Assembly (NCBI GenBank): GCA_017990495.1
Contig: JAGNNV010000006.1
Coordinates: 1-41,745, forward strand
Source of the DNA: Vicinamibacteria bacterium
Lineage (GTDB): Bacteria; Acidobacteriota; Vicinamibacteria; Fen-336; JAGNNV01
Length of the DNA: 41,745 bases
Direction of reading: 5' to 3'
Shown: one piece after another, positions 1-9,160 of the stretch
Layout: each line of letters starts with the position of its first letter
Numbering within the stretch: the stretch's first letter is position 1
Notes under the pieces: generated by a model
Seen by the model: only the letters and a program-made list of their open reading frames with translations
What the model was told of the DNA's origin: nothing
Database searches by the model: none
Made by a program: the position numbers and the translations under genes

Positions 1-3
1 CCC

Positions 4-603
4 ATGCAGATCACCGACATCCTCGCCCAAATGGGCGGACTTCAATCCATGGCCCGCGAGTTGGGGGTGAGCGAGAGCCAGGTGGCCACCGGGGCTTCCG
101 TGCTCATCCCGGCCATCCTCGGCGGTTTCAAGAAGCAGACTCAGGCCCAGCCCAGCGGTCTTGAAGGCCTGGGCGGCCTGCTCAGCCAACTCGGCGGTGG
201 AGGCCTGCTCGATCAGGTCCTGGCCCCTGAACCGACGAAGACCGGGCTGGGCGATGCCGTGCTCAGTCAGATCTTCGGCTCCAAGGACGTGAGCCGCACG
301 GTGGCCCAAAGTGCGGCCGCGAAGTCGGGGCTCGATCCGGCCCTGCTCAAGAAGATGCTCCCCATGCTGGCCATGTTGGTCGCCGGGTACATGGCGAAGG
401 AGCGGGCCGCGGCCCAGCCCGCTCCGGCGGACACCGGCCTCGGAGGAGCGCTCGGCGGACTTCTCGGGAACATGCTGGGCGGCGGAGGCGGCGCGACCGC
501 GCATCGGCCGGCCTCGGGCGGACTGGCGTCGATGATCGACCTGAACGGCGACGGCAATCCCCTTGACGACATCATGCGTCTCGCGGGCAAAGCGTTTCGA
601 TAG
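4..603 (+). CDS. Gly-rich protein of unknown function, DUF937-like
   Basis: 199-aa ORF. The N-terminal helix-rich segment (LGVSESQVATGASVLIPAILGGFKKQ) and Gly-rich linkers resemble the DUF937 family from memory. The true start could lie upstream of the window. Confidence 0.45.
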   Translation: MQITDILAQMGGLQSMARELGVSESQVATGASVLIPAILGGFKKQTQAQPSGLEGLGGLLSQLGGGGLLDQVLAPEPTKTGLGDAVLSQIFGSKDVSRTVAQSAAAKSGLDPALLKKMLPMLAMLVAGYMAKERAAAQPAPADTGLGGALGGLLGNMLGGGGGATAHRPASGGLASMIDLNGDGNPLDDIMRLAGKAFR

Positions 604-668
604 CCTGAAGCGCGCCCGCATGCGCGCCCGGCCCATTCGCGTGCCTGTGCAAGAATGTCCGGGCTGCC

Positions 669-1415
669 ATGCCCACCAACCGCCTGATCATCACGGCCGT
701 GGACTCGGCGCGGGACCCTTGGTTCCGCCAGGCGTTCGCGCTGTATTCGCGCGTCTTCCCGCCCAGCGAGAAGATCGACAAGGAATACTTCCAGAACGTC
801 TTCGAGGAGAAGCGGCTCGGTCTCCTCGCGCCGTTCAACTTCCACTTCCTGGTGGCTCACCAGCGGGGCCGGGTGGTCGGGTTCATCAGCGGCAGTTATC
901 TCGCCATCGTGAACCTGGGTTTCGTCGGATACCTCGCGGTGGCGCCTGACGATGCGGGACGGCGTGTGGGATCAAGGCTGCGAAGGCGGCTCGTCGAGGC
1001 GATGCAGCGTGATGCGCGCCTCGGGGGTCACGACGACCTCATGGGCATGATGGGCGAAGTGGAAGAGGGCAATCCGTGGCTCGCGCGCATGCGTCGCCAC
1101 GGGGCGCTGGCTTTTGATCTCGAGTACCTGCAACCCTCGACGGATGGCACCGAGGTAGTTCCGCTGGTCTTGTATCTTCAACCGGTCGCCGGAAGACGGC
1201 ACCTTCGCTCTCTGAAGGTCTCGACCATGCGCAAGATTCTCTACGCGATCTACCGGCGTCTCTATCGGATCCGCTTCCCTCTGAAGGTCCCGGAATTCCA
1301 GCGTATGTTCCGGCAACTCGAGGGCCGCACGCGCGTGGGCGCTCGGCCCCTGGCTTCCCCGGCGGCGCACGTTCCGGCCGGCCGAAAAGACAGGAGTGTC
1401 CACCGTGCTGGATGA
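669..1415 (+). CDS. GNAT-family N-acetyltransferase
   Basis: Acetyl-CoA motif A-like segment VGYLAVAPDDAGRRVGSRLRRRLVEAM. The basic C-terminal tail overlaps the next gene by 20 nt, so the functional end is uncertain. Confidence 0.55.
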   Translation: MPTNRLIITAVDSARDPWFRQAFALYSRVFPPSEKIDKEYFQNVFEEKRLGLLAPFNFHFLVAHQRGRVVGFISGSYLAIVNLGFVGYLAVAPDDAGRRVGSRLRRRLVEAMQRDARLGGHDDLMGMMGEVEEGNPWLARMRRHGALAFDLEYLQPSTDGTEVVPLVLYLQPVAGRRHLRSLKVSTMRKILYAIYRRLYRIRFPLKVPEFQRMFRQLEGRTRVGARPLASPAAHVPAGRKDRSVHRAG

Positions 1416-2070
1416 GATCTGGGGACTCTTTGACGGGTTCACGACGCTGGGGTCGCGGCTGGCCTCGTTCGTTCCTCTGCTCGGCATCGCCTTCCTGGCC
1501 CTCATCCTTGGTTGGCTGCTCGCTCGAGCCCTGCGAAATCTCACCCGCCGCCTGCTCCGGCTGGCCCGGATCGACCAGGCGGCGGAGAGGGTTGGCATCG
1601 ACGACTATCTCGTTCGCGGAGGAGTGCGCTCCACCACCGTGACTCTGGTGTCCGACGCGGTCTATTGGGTTGCCATTTTGTCCTCGCTGCTGGCCGTGCT
1701 GAGCGTCCTTGGGGTCAACACAGCGGGCCGGCTCCTCGACCGCCTCGCCGCCGCGGTGCCAAACGGCATCGCGGTGGTGCTGTTCGTGGTGATCGGATCG
1801 ATGCTGGGCCAGTTCGTGGGAGCCCTGGTCTTCACTCACCTGAACAACATCGGGGTTTCGGGCCCCCGCGCCATCAGCTTGATTGCGAAATACGCGATCA
1901 CCGTGTTTGTGGTCGCCGTTGGTCTCGACGAACTCGCGATCGGCGGCCAGGTTCTGGTCTCCGCGTTCCAGATGGCCTTCGGCGCGCTTTGCGTGGCGTT
2001 CGCCCTGGCCTTCGGGCTCGGCGGGCGCGAGTGGGCGGCCCGCATCCTGGACTCGTGGTGGAAGAGTTGA
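1396..2070 (+). CDS. Integral membrane protein with conserved-TM-helix repeats (type associated with mechanosensitive channels)
   Basis: Repeated hydrophobic helix followed by a basic amphipathic segment (LLGWLLARALRNLTRRLLRLARIDQAAERVGID). GTG start at 1396. An alternative GTG at 1405 sits 8 nt after CAGGAG. Confidence 0.5.
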   Translation: MSTVLDEIWGLFDGFTTLGSRLASFVPLLGIAFLALILGWLLARALRNLTRRLLRLARIDQAAERVGIDDYLVRGGVRSTTVTLVSDAVYWVAILSSLLAVLSVLGVNTAGRLLDRLAAAVPNGIAVVLFVVIGSMLGQFVGALVFTHLNNIGVSGPRAISLIAKYAITVFVVAVGLDELAIGGQVLVSAFQMAFGALCVAFALAFGLGGREWAARILDSWWKS

Positions 2071-2091
2071 GCGCCTTCCGGGAGGCCTGAT

Positions 2092-2934
2092 GTGATCATC
2101 GACTGCCACGTTCATCTCAACAACTACCACAACGAGGACGTCGCCTCCCTCGATCAGTCGATTGAGCTTCTGCTGCGGACGATGCGGCGAAACCGGGTTG
2201 ATATCGCGCTCATCCTCTCCTCATACAAGGTCACGCCCGGGCGCCCGGACACGACCACCCTGGTGGCCGCCACCCGGCCCTTCAAGAACCTCTATATCGT
2301 CGCCGGCATTCCGTTCGATGGCGACCGCTCCGAGCAGCTTGATGCCTTGCGCCCGGGAGTGGAGGAGGGCGAGATCCGCGGCCTGAAGCTGTACCCGGGC
2401 TACCAGCCTTTCTACCCGAGCGATCCATCGCTCGAGCCTGTCTATGCGTTTGCAAAGGAGCATCGTCTTCCCGTGATGATCCACAGCGGCGACACCTACT
2501 CGCCGGGGGGGAAGATCAAGTACTCGCACCCCATCCATGTCGATGAGGTGGCGGTGGATCATCGCGACGTGAACTTCGTCATCTGCCACCTCGGCAACCC
2601 CTGGGTTCGCGACTGCATGGAAGTGGTGTACAAGAACGCCAACGTCTATACCGATTTCTCCGGCCTCGTCCTCGGGGATTTCGACGACCGCTTCGAAAGC
2701 TACATGCTGCGGCAGGTTCAGGAGATGCTCGCCTACGGCGTGCAACCGGAGAAGTGTCTTTACGGAACCGACTGGCCGCTCGCGTCGATGGAGTCTTATC
2801 TTGACTTCATGGAGCAACTGCAGATGCCCCAGAAGGATCGGGCGATGATCCTCTACGAGAACGCGATCCGTTTGTTCCGCCTGCCCGTGGCCTTACCCGT
2901 TCTTGGAGGGAAGCCCAGGTTCGGAATTTTCTGA
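2092..2934 (+). CDS. Amidohydrolase-2 family metal-dependent hydrolase (TIM barrel)
   Basis: N-terminal IIDCHVHL metal-binding motif, internal VMIHSGD and ICHLGNPW. GTG start 7 nt after GGGAGG. Confidence 0.65.
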   Translation: MIIDCHVHLNNYHNEDVASLDQSIELLLRTMRRNRVDIALILSSYKVTPGRPDTTTLVAATRPFKNLYIVAGIPFDGDRSEQLDALRPGVEEGEIRGLKLYPGYQPFYPSDPSLEPVYAFAKEHRLPVMIHSGDTYSPGGKIKYSHPIHVDEVAVDHRDVNFVICHLGNPWVRDCMEVVYKNANVYTDFSGLVLGDFDDRFESYMLRQVQEMLAYGVQPEKCLYGTDWPLASMESYLDFMEQLQMPQKDRAMILYENAIRLFRLPVALPVLGGKPRFGIF

Positions 2935-4527
2935 GGCCTCGCTGACCAGGTGCACGGTCTGGGTCGGGAAAGCGAAGCTCGTGCCGGCGCGTTCGACCAC
3001 TTCCAGGATCTGCAGCAGGATCTCCTGACGGATCTCCTGAAATTCGGTCCAGTCGGGCGTCTGAAACCAGGCCATGACTCCGATGTTGAGCGAAGAGGCG
3101 CCGAACTCCTGGAACCTCACGCTCACGGCATCCGGCCAGATTTTCGGATGCGCGCGCAGAAGCTTCTCGGTCTCCTCCAGAACCTGGCGCGCCTGCGCAG
3201 GACTGGTTGAGTACACGAGGCCGATAGTGCAGGCGAGCCTCATGCGATCCCGGGACGTGTAGTTCTCGATCCGCATTTCCGCCATGCGACCGTTGGGGAT
3301 GGTGATGAGGGTGCGGTCCAGGGTGCGGAAGCGCGTCGAGCGCAGGCCAACCGTCTCGACGTGACCGACGAAGTCCTCGACTTTCACGAACTCCCCGACG
3401 TCGAAGGGCCGGTCGAGAGCGAGCGATAACGAGCCGAAGAGATTCTCACCTGTCTTCTGCGCGGCGAGGGCAAGGGCGAGCCCGCCGATGCCGAGGCCCG
3501 CGAGCAGGCCGGATACGGGATAACCAAGCTCGGAGAGGGCCGCGATGAGGCCGAGGGTGGCGATCAGAACCTTGGCCAGGCCGCCGGCGAGAGACACCAG
3601 TGATCGGGTCGAGGTGCCCTGATTCCAATCCGAGCCCCGCAGCGCCGATTCGACAACGTCGACGGACCGCCAAAGCGCCCAGAAGATGGCCACGAGGCCG
3701 AGCGCCCGCAGAACTCCGCGCACGAACTGCCAGGCCGGTTCGTATAGCTCGAGCCACGGCACCAGCACCCACGCCACGGTTACGCCGAGGAGCAGGGTGA
3801 GCGGTCCGCCCGAACGTTCAAGGAGCGTGTCGTCCCAGGACGTCCGCGTTCTCGAGAACAGGCGGCGCAGCAGGAAAGCGACGGGGACGGCCAGAAGCTT
3901 CCCGCCCGCAGTTGCCAGGGCGGCGATGCCGAGCACCGCGATCCATTGCCACCAGAGCAGTTCTTTGGGCCCGGTGCGCAAGAGAACTTCCGGCGCGTGC
4001 TCACGGATCCAGCGGTCCGACAGCCCCGCGTACCAGTAGTCGATGCGACCGACCGTGCCGCTCGAGAAAACCCAGCGCGCGTCCGGGATTCCCTCGAGTC
4101 TGACCATGCGGACAGGCTCGGGGCCGGGCAGGCGTCCGACCTCGTCCATGCCCGCGGGAAGGCCGTCCTTCTCGTCGCCCTCCGAGCGTGGAGACATGCG
4201 CTCGAGGTCGACCCAGAGATGCCGGTCGAGCACCGCTTTCAGGTACCGGGCGAGTTCAGCGGCGCGTGGCCGCTGGGTGTCCGAGACGGCCAGGTAAGCG
4301 GCGGCTTCCTCGTACTTCCGCTGGCGCGTCAACTCGAGGAAGCGAGTGATCGAGGATCGCGGAGAATCAGGGTCGACCGGAGCCGCGGGCGCGGGGGCAG
4401 GCGTCGACAACGCCTCCCTGGGCTCAGATGCGGAGGGCGTCACGGGTTGAGCGAGCGCGCTGGCCGGGGCCGCGGCCACGGCCAGTCCGATGCAAACGCG
4501 AATCGTCCCTGAGACCAGATCCCTCAT
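2893..4527 (-). CDS. MscS-family mechanosensitive ion channel with signal peptide and periplasmic N-domain
   Basis: MscS core LDRPFDVGEFVKVEDFVGHVETVGLRSTRFRTLDRTLITIPNGRMAEMRIENYTSRD. I place the start at the internal ATG (4525-4527) that begins MRDLVSGTIRVCIGLAVAAAPASALA (signal peptide). The longer 691-aa track ORF has an Arg/Gly-rich shadow N-terminus. Confidence 0.8.
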   Translation of the reverse strand: MRDLVSGTIRVCIGLAVAAAPASALAQPVTPSASEPREALSTPAPAPAAPVDPDSPRSSITRFLELTRQRKYEEAAAYLAVSDTQRPRAAELARYLKAVLDRHLWVDLERMSPRSEGDEKDGLPAGMDEVGRLPGPEPVRMVRLEGIPDARWVFSSGTVGRIDYWYAGLSDRWIREHAPEVLLRTGPKELLWWQWIAVLGIAALATAGGKLLAVPVAFLLRRLFSRTRTSWDDTLLERSGGPLTLLLGVTVAWVLVPWLELYEPAWQFVRGVLRALGLVAIFWALWRSVDVVESALRGSDWNQGTSTRSLVSLAGGLAKVLIATLGLIAALSELGYPVSGLLAGLGIGGLALALAAQKTGENLFGSLSLALDRPFDVGEFVKVEDFVGHVETVGLRSTRFRTLDRTLITIPNGRMAEMRIENYTSRDRMRLACTIGLVYSTSPAQARQVLEETEKLLRAHPKIWPDAVSVRFQEFGASSLNIGVMAWFQTPDWTEFQEIRQEILLQILEVVERAGTSFAFPTQTVHLVSEASENSEPGLPSKNG

Positions 4528-4607
4528 CGCCGGAAGGCTAGCAGGAGCGATGCGTCGGCGATGTGCGGGTCGAGCGCGGGACTGGAGACCTGGGTGGGGC
4601 CACCGGG

Positions 4608-5234
4608 CTACAGGGCGGCCCCGGCGATCCGCGCTGCCTGGCGCGCGCTGGAGAGAGCCGATTCGAGCGCCCACTCCCAGGCCGCCCGCTCGTCGCCCTC
4701 GAGTCCGGCCATGAAGGCGGACTGGCCCACCTCCTCGTACCAGGCGAGTTCCACGCGATAGGCGTCGGTCTCCTCGATCAATCCGTCGCGGTGAGCGAGT
4801 TCGTGACGCATGGCCCCGCCCAGGCTCAGCCAGCCAAAGGCAATCTGGTGCCCCAGGGGAACGAGCGGCGCGCCCCGCGGGTAAAGGTGGGCCGGTGGGT
4901 TCAGCAGTGCCACACGCCTGATGTAGATCCGCCGCACCAGGCCGAGTGACTCGACATAGGCCGCCCACCGGTCGGGCCCGAGCCCCGGCGCGATCCAGAG
5001 TTCCCGGCCGAGGCGAAGTCCTTCGAGCCGATCGGCGAGCGCCTTCTGTCCCATCACCGCGAGCTGCGCTTCGAAACGACGAAACGCAGCCACGTCCGCG
5101 GGCTGGTTCTCATCGAGCAGGAGACCCCGCGATCCCACTGCTGCGTCGCATTTCGCCTCGGCGATGCGCAACACGCCGAAGTAGGTGGCAATGGCGAGGA
5201 CCAGAGCCCCGATCAGTTGATCACGCGCGCGCAT
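4608..5234 (-). CDS. Membrane-anchored hypothetical protein with HExxH (zincin-like) motif
   Basis: Internal ATG at 5232-5234 gives MRARDQLIGALVLAIATYFGVL (TM/signal anchor). It contains AMRHELAHRD. It starts 21 nt after the stop of the upstream oxidoreductase gene. The longer track ORF would overlap that gene. Confidence 0.4.
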   Translation of the reverse strand: MRARDQLIGALVLAIATYFGVLRIAEAKCDAAVGSRGLLLDENQPADVAAFRRFEAQLAVMGQKALADRLEGLRLGRELWIAPGLGPDRWAAYVESLGLVRRIYIRRVALLNPPAHLYPRGAPLVPLGHQIAFGWLSLGGAMRHELAHRDGLIEETDAYRVELAWYEEVGQSAFMAGLEGDERAAWEWALESALSSARQAARIAGAAL

Positions 5235-5254
5235 CGAGAGGCCTCCCGATTGCG

Positions 5255-6601
5255 TCAACCCCCGATGATGCCGAGGGGCGGGCGGCTCTTCCACTTTCCC
5301 CGGGTGAAGTCGGGGATGTCCACCGGCTTGGAGCGCGATCCTGCGGACCGCCCGGTGAGTTCCACCATGGCGCTCCAGGCCGCCGCGTCGTAGACATCGA
5401 AATCGGTCGGTGTGCCTTGACGAAGGCATTCGATGAGGCGGAGGTCCTCGAGGAAGTCCATGCCGCCGTGGCCGTGTTTCGCATTCACTACCCGGTCGGC
5501 CTTCCACAGGGGGTGATCCCATTCTGTGGCGAACTCGGCGAGGGGCTTGTAGCGGTGAGAGGGTTCCTGGCCATCCACGTAGAAGCGGGGCGGGAAACCC
5601 ATGTAGATGCCCTTGCTGCCCTGGAACACGTTGTACCGCGCGTAGGGCCTTGGAAGATTCGTGTCATGGACCATGTAGATGGTCTTGCCGAGCTTGGTGC
5701 GGATGAGGCTGGTGTGGACGTCGCCGAGCACGTAGCGCTCACGCCGCCTCGGATCGTCCTCGGCCAGGTGCTCGCGCTGGAAGTCCTGCAGGCCTCGTGA
5801 ATTGCCGGCCATGGCCACGAGGTAGTCGAACTGGTCGCCGCGATTCACGCCCATGGCCTGGGCGGCCGGGCCGAGGCCGTGGGTCGGATAGAGGTTCGCG
5901 TTCAACCGTGTGGCATGAGCGCGTCGCCACAGCCCCTCGTCCTTCGTCTCGAACTTGATGGCGCGCAGATCGTGCTGGTAGCCCACCTCGGCGTGCATGG
6001 CCTCGCCGAGCAGACCCTTTCGCAACATGTGCAGGACCATCATCTCGGGCCGGTCGTAGCAGCAGTTCTCCATCATCAGGCAGTGCTTGCGCTGCTTCTC
6101 GGCCGTCTCCACGAGTTTCCAGCAGTCCTCGACGGTCTGGGCCATGGGCACTTCCGTCACCGCGTGCTTCCCGTTTCTCATGGCCGCGAGCATCACCGGC
6201 ACATGCCACTCCCAGGGCGTGGCGGTGAAGACGAGGTCGAGGTCTTCCTCGGCGCACAGCCGCTCGAAGTCGCGGGGACCGTTGGTGAAGCCCTTCGGTT
6301 CCGCCTTTCCCGCCGCCTTCGCCAGTTGTTGCGCGTTCGCCACTTTCTCGGGGGCGATGTCGCACACCGCGCGCAGTTCCACACCCTCGATGGCGAGGAG
6401 GTTCTTGATGTGTTCGGTGCCCTGGAGACCGCAGCCCACGAAGCCGATGCGGACCACGTCCATGGGCGCGGTGTGAAGGAACAGGGCGGCGATCTGCGGC
6501 GCGTTCGCGCGCGCCTCGGCAGGGCCGATGAGTCCGGCCGCAGCCGTTGCCAGGGTTCCGGCCTCGAGAAAACCTCGCCGCGAGATGTCGTCGTGGTTCA
6601 T
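5255..6601 (-). CDS. TAT-exported Gfo/Idh/MocA NAD-binding oxidoreductase, glycoside hydrolase family 109-like
   Basis: Twin-arginine signal (SRRGFLEAGTLATAAAGL), Rossmann motif IGFVGCGLQG, and the MMENCCYD segment that I associate with GH109 alpha-N-acetylgalactosaminidase-type enzymes. Confidence 0.7.
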   Translation of the reverse strand: MNHDDISRRGFLEAGTLATAAAGLIGPAEARANAPQIAALFLHTAPMDVVRIGFVGCGLQGTEHIKNLLAIEGVELRAVCDIAPEKVANAQQLAKAAGKAEPKGFTNGPRDFERLCAEEDLDLVFTATPWEWHVPVMLAAMRNGKHAVTEVPMAQTVEDCWKLVETAEKQRKHCLMMENCCYDRPEMMVLHMLRKGLLGEAMHAEVGYQHDLRAIKFETKDEGLWRRAHATRLNANLYPTHGLGPAAQAMGVNRGDQFDYLVAMAGNSRGLQDFQREHLAEDDPRRRERYVLGDVHTSLIRTKLGKTIYMVHDTNLPRPYARYNVFQGSKGIYMGFPPRFYVDGQEPSHRYKPLAEFATEWDHPLWKADRVVNAKHGHGGMDFLEDLRLIECLRQGTPTDFDVYDAAAWSAMVELTGRSAGSRSKPVDIPDFTRGKWKSRPPLGIIGG

Positions 6602-8361
6602 AACTCGAACACCCTCTCGAATCGTTGAAGGACCGCGCGCATGACGAGGCCGGCCCCGAGCGCCACCACTCCAAAGATAGCCGCGGTTCCGGGGCGCCCG
6701 TAAAGCACCTCACCCACGCCGAAGAGCAGTGAATAGACGAGGACGCAGCCGGCGATGGCCCCGGTCAGTGAATCACCGAAGTGAGTCTTCTCCGGACTGG
6801 TGATGCCGAGGCGAACGCGCGTGGCGCGCCAGAGGCCGCCGCCCACCCCGGTTTTCTCGATGAAGCGGCGGAGGGTGGCGTCATCTGAGGGGGCGAACAC
6901 GAAAGTGGCGATCACCGCGGCCAGGGTGGTGAGGGCCACCGTGATCACGAGCTTGAGCGAACCGGAGTAACCGGCGGCGAAGGCGCCATAGCGGAAGGAG
7001 AGGGCGATGACCAGCGACACCGCCATGCCCACGATCTCCGTCCAGGGATTCACGCGCCACCAGAACCAGCGCAGCAGATAGATGGCGCCGGTGCCCGCGC
7101 CCACGGAGATGAGCATGTTGAAGGCTTCGGAGGCGCTGCCCAGGGTCAACATGAAGGCGCCGGCGGCGATGGCCATGAGAGCCGACGACACCCGGCCCAG
7201 GAGAACAAGCTTCTTCTCTCCGGCATGCGGATTCATGAAACGCACGTAGACGTCGTTCACGATGTAAGACGCCCCCCAGTTCATGTGGGTCGACATGGTG
7301 GACAGGTACGCGGCCAGAAGGGAAGCCACCACCAGGCCCTTGATGCCCGAGGGCAGGCCGAGCAGCATGGCGGGGTAGGCAAGGTCGTGACCGATGAGCG
7401 CAGGATCAACGTGGGGCAGGGCGGCGCGCAGGTCGTTCAGGGTGGGGAATACCTTCATCGAGGCCAGGGCTACGAGGATCCAGGGCCAGGGACGCAGCGC
7501 GTAGTGCGCGATGTTGAACCAGAGCGTTCCCTGCAGGGCGTCTTTGGGCGAGCGCGCAGCCAGCATGCGCTGGGCGATGTAGCTGCCTCCGCCGGGTTCG
7601 GCGCCCGGATACCAGGTCGACCACCACTGGATCAGGAAGGGAATGATCAGGAGAGAGAGGACGGCGTCGGTGTTCGAGAAGCTCGGAAGGAGAGACAAGG
7701 TCTGGGGATCGGTGGTGTCGATCAGGTTGCGGAGCCCGCCGACCTCGGGCCGGGCGAGAGCGAAGTAAGCGGCGCCGGTTACCCCGACCATGGCCAGGCT
7801 GAACTGGATGGCGTCGGACACCAGAACTCCGGACAGGCCGGCGGGGGATCCGAAGACCAGGGACATGGCGATGCAGGCGAGGACCGCGTCCACTCGCGAC
7901 AAGCCCAGCATCACCGAGGCCATCTTCACTCCGGCCAGGGTGACCGAAGCCATCACCAGGATGTTGAAGAACACTCCGAGGTAGACGGCGCGGAATCCGC
8001 GAAGAAACGCCGCGGGTTGTCCCGCGTACCGCAGTTCGTAGAACTCGAGATCGGTGAGGAAGCCGGCACGTCGCCACAACGGGGCATAAAAGAAGACCGT
8101 GACCATGCCGGTGACGAGGAAGGCCCACCAGGCCCAGTTGCCGGCAACGCCGCCGGTGCGGACCAGATCGGTCACCAGGTTCGGCGTGTCGGTGCTGAAG
8201 GTGGTGGCGACCATCGATGTGCCGATGAGCCACCATGGCGCGCTGCGTCCCGACGCGAAGAACTCGTCTTTGCCTTTGCCGGCCCGCTTGGCCAACATGA
8301 GAGTCGGCACGGCGGCAAGCGCGACGCTCAGAATAACGATGATGATGTCGAGTGTGGTCAT
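6598..8361 (-). CDS. Sodium:solute symporter (SSF) family transporter
   Basis: 587-aa polytopic protein. The N-terminal segment FFASGRSAPWWLIGTSMVATTFSTDTP is typical of SSF. Its stop overlaps the downstream oxidoreductase start (ATGA). Confidence 0.8.
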   Translation of the reverse strand: MTTLDIIIVILSVALAAVPTLMLAKRAGKGKDEFFASGRSAPWWLIGTSMVATTFSTDTPNLVTDLVRTGGVAGNWAWWAFLVTGMVTVFFYAPLWRRAGFLTDLEFYELRYAGQPAAFLRGFRAVYLGVFFNILVMASVTLAGVKMASVMLGLSRVDAVLACIAMSLVFGSPAGLSGVLVSDAIQFSLAMVGVTGAAYFALARPEVGGLRNLIDTTDPQTLSLLPSFSNTDAVLSLLIIPFLIQWWSTWYPGAEPGGGSYIAQRMLAARSPKDALQGTLWFNIAHYALRPWPWILVALASMKVFPTLNDLRAALPHVDPALIGHDLAYPAMLLGLPSGIKGLVVASLLAAYLSTMSTHMNWGASYIVNDVYVRFMNPHAGEKKLVLLGRVSSALMAIAAGAFMLTLGSASEAFNMLISVGAGTGAIYLLRWFWWRVNPWTEIVGMAVSLVIALSFRYGAFAAGYSGSLKLVITVALTTLAAVIATFVFAPSDDATLRRFIEKTGVGGGLWRATRVRLGITSPEKTHFGDSLTGAIAGCVLVYSLLFGVGEVLYGRPGTAAIFGVVALGAGLVMRAVLQRFERVFEL

Positions 8362-8431
8362 GGCTTACGGGCGACCATACAGCAGCGTGCACCGCCCGTC
8401 ATCGGCGAGGCTCGAGGCTCATTCGGCCAGG

Positions 8432-9160
8432 CTAAAAGGGCGAGTATTGGCGGCTCGCGGGCACGCTGACGAAGGAATCATCCTCGGGAATCCAGGCGGT
8501 GAGACGGCCGCCCCAGACGCAACCGGTGTCGAGCCCGCGCAACCCCGGACGCTTCACCAGTCCCGGGCGGGCCCAGTGTCCAAACACGATGGTCGTCTCC
8601 TTGAACCGCCCCTCCATGTGTTCATGCCACGGGCGGAACCCCGGGGCCTTGGGCGGGTCGGTCTCGGGTTGGGGCATGCGACCCTGCTCGTCGCACCAGC
8701 GGACGCGCGTGGCCACATCGATGTTGGGGTGGCGGACCTCGGGATTGAGCCCGGTGAGTTCGGCCACGGGATCAGACCAGGCGGGACTGAGTCCGGCGTG
8801 GACGAGGAAAATCCCCGGCCATGCCTTGATGAAGGGCTTCGCGCGCAGCCAGGCCAGAAGATCTTCGCAGTCGGGTGCTGCGAGCAGCGGGGCCAGGGTG
8901 TCGCCCGGCTTCGGAGTACGGGCTCCGCGCCGCGTGGCCAGAAGGTGGAGATCGTGATTGCCGAGCACACCGCCCGCGTCGAGCGACTTGAGGAGGCGAA
9001 GTGTGCCGAGGGAATCGGGCCCCCGATTCACGAGGTCTCCGACCGGTTCGAGAGTGTCGCGGTCGGGGTCGAAGCGGAGAACGGAAAGAAGCCGCTCCAG
9101 TTCGTCGCGGCACCCCTGAATGTCGCCGATGAAGATGCGCCTTTTTTGGGATGGCTCCAC
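8432..9160 (-). CDS. apaH: Bis(5'-nucleosyl)-tetraphosphatase (symmetrical), ApaH-type metallophosphoesterase
   Basis: Calcineurin-like phosphoesterase motifs GDIQGC, GDLVNRGPDS and GNHD in ApaH order. GTG start directly follows the TGA of the GGDEF gene. Confidence 0.7.
   Translation of the reverse strand: MEPSQKRRIFIGDIQGCRDELERLLSVLRFDPDRDTLEPVGDLVNRGPDSLGTLRLLKSLDAGGVLGNHDLHLLATRRGARTPKPGDTLAPLLAAPDCEDLLAWLRAKPFIKAWPGIFLVHAGLSPAWSDPVAELTGLNPEVRHPNIDVATRVRWCDEQGRMPQPETDPPKAPGFRPWHEHMEGRFKETTIVFGHWARPGLVKRPGLRGLDTGCVWGGRLTAWIPEDDSFVSVPASRQYSPF

Noticed and set aside
1039-2130. 363-aa minus-strand ORF across the GNAT and TM-helix-repeat genes
   Set aside because: It has Arg/Gly/Pro/Asp-rich shadow composition and conflicts with two plus-strand genes that have sensible motifs and ribosome-binding sites.
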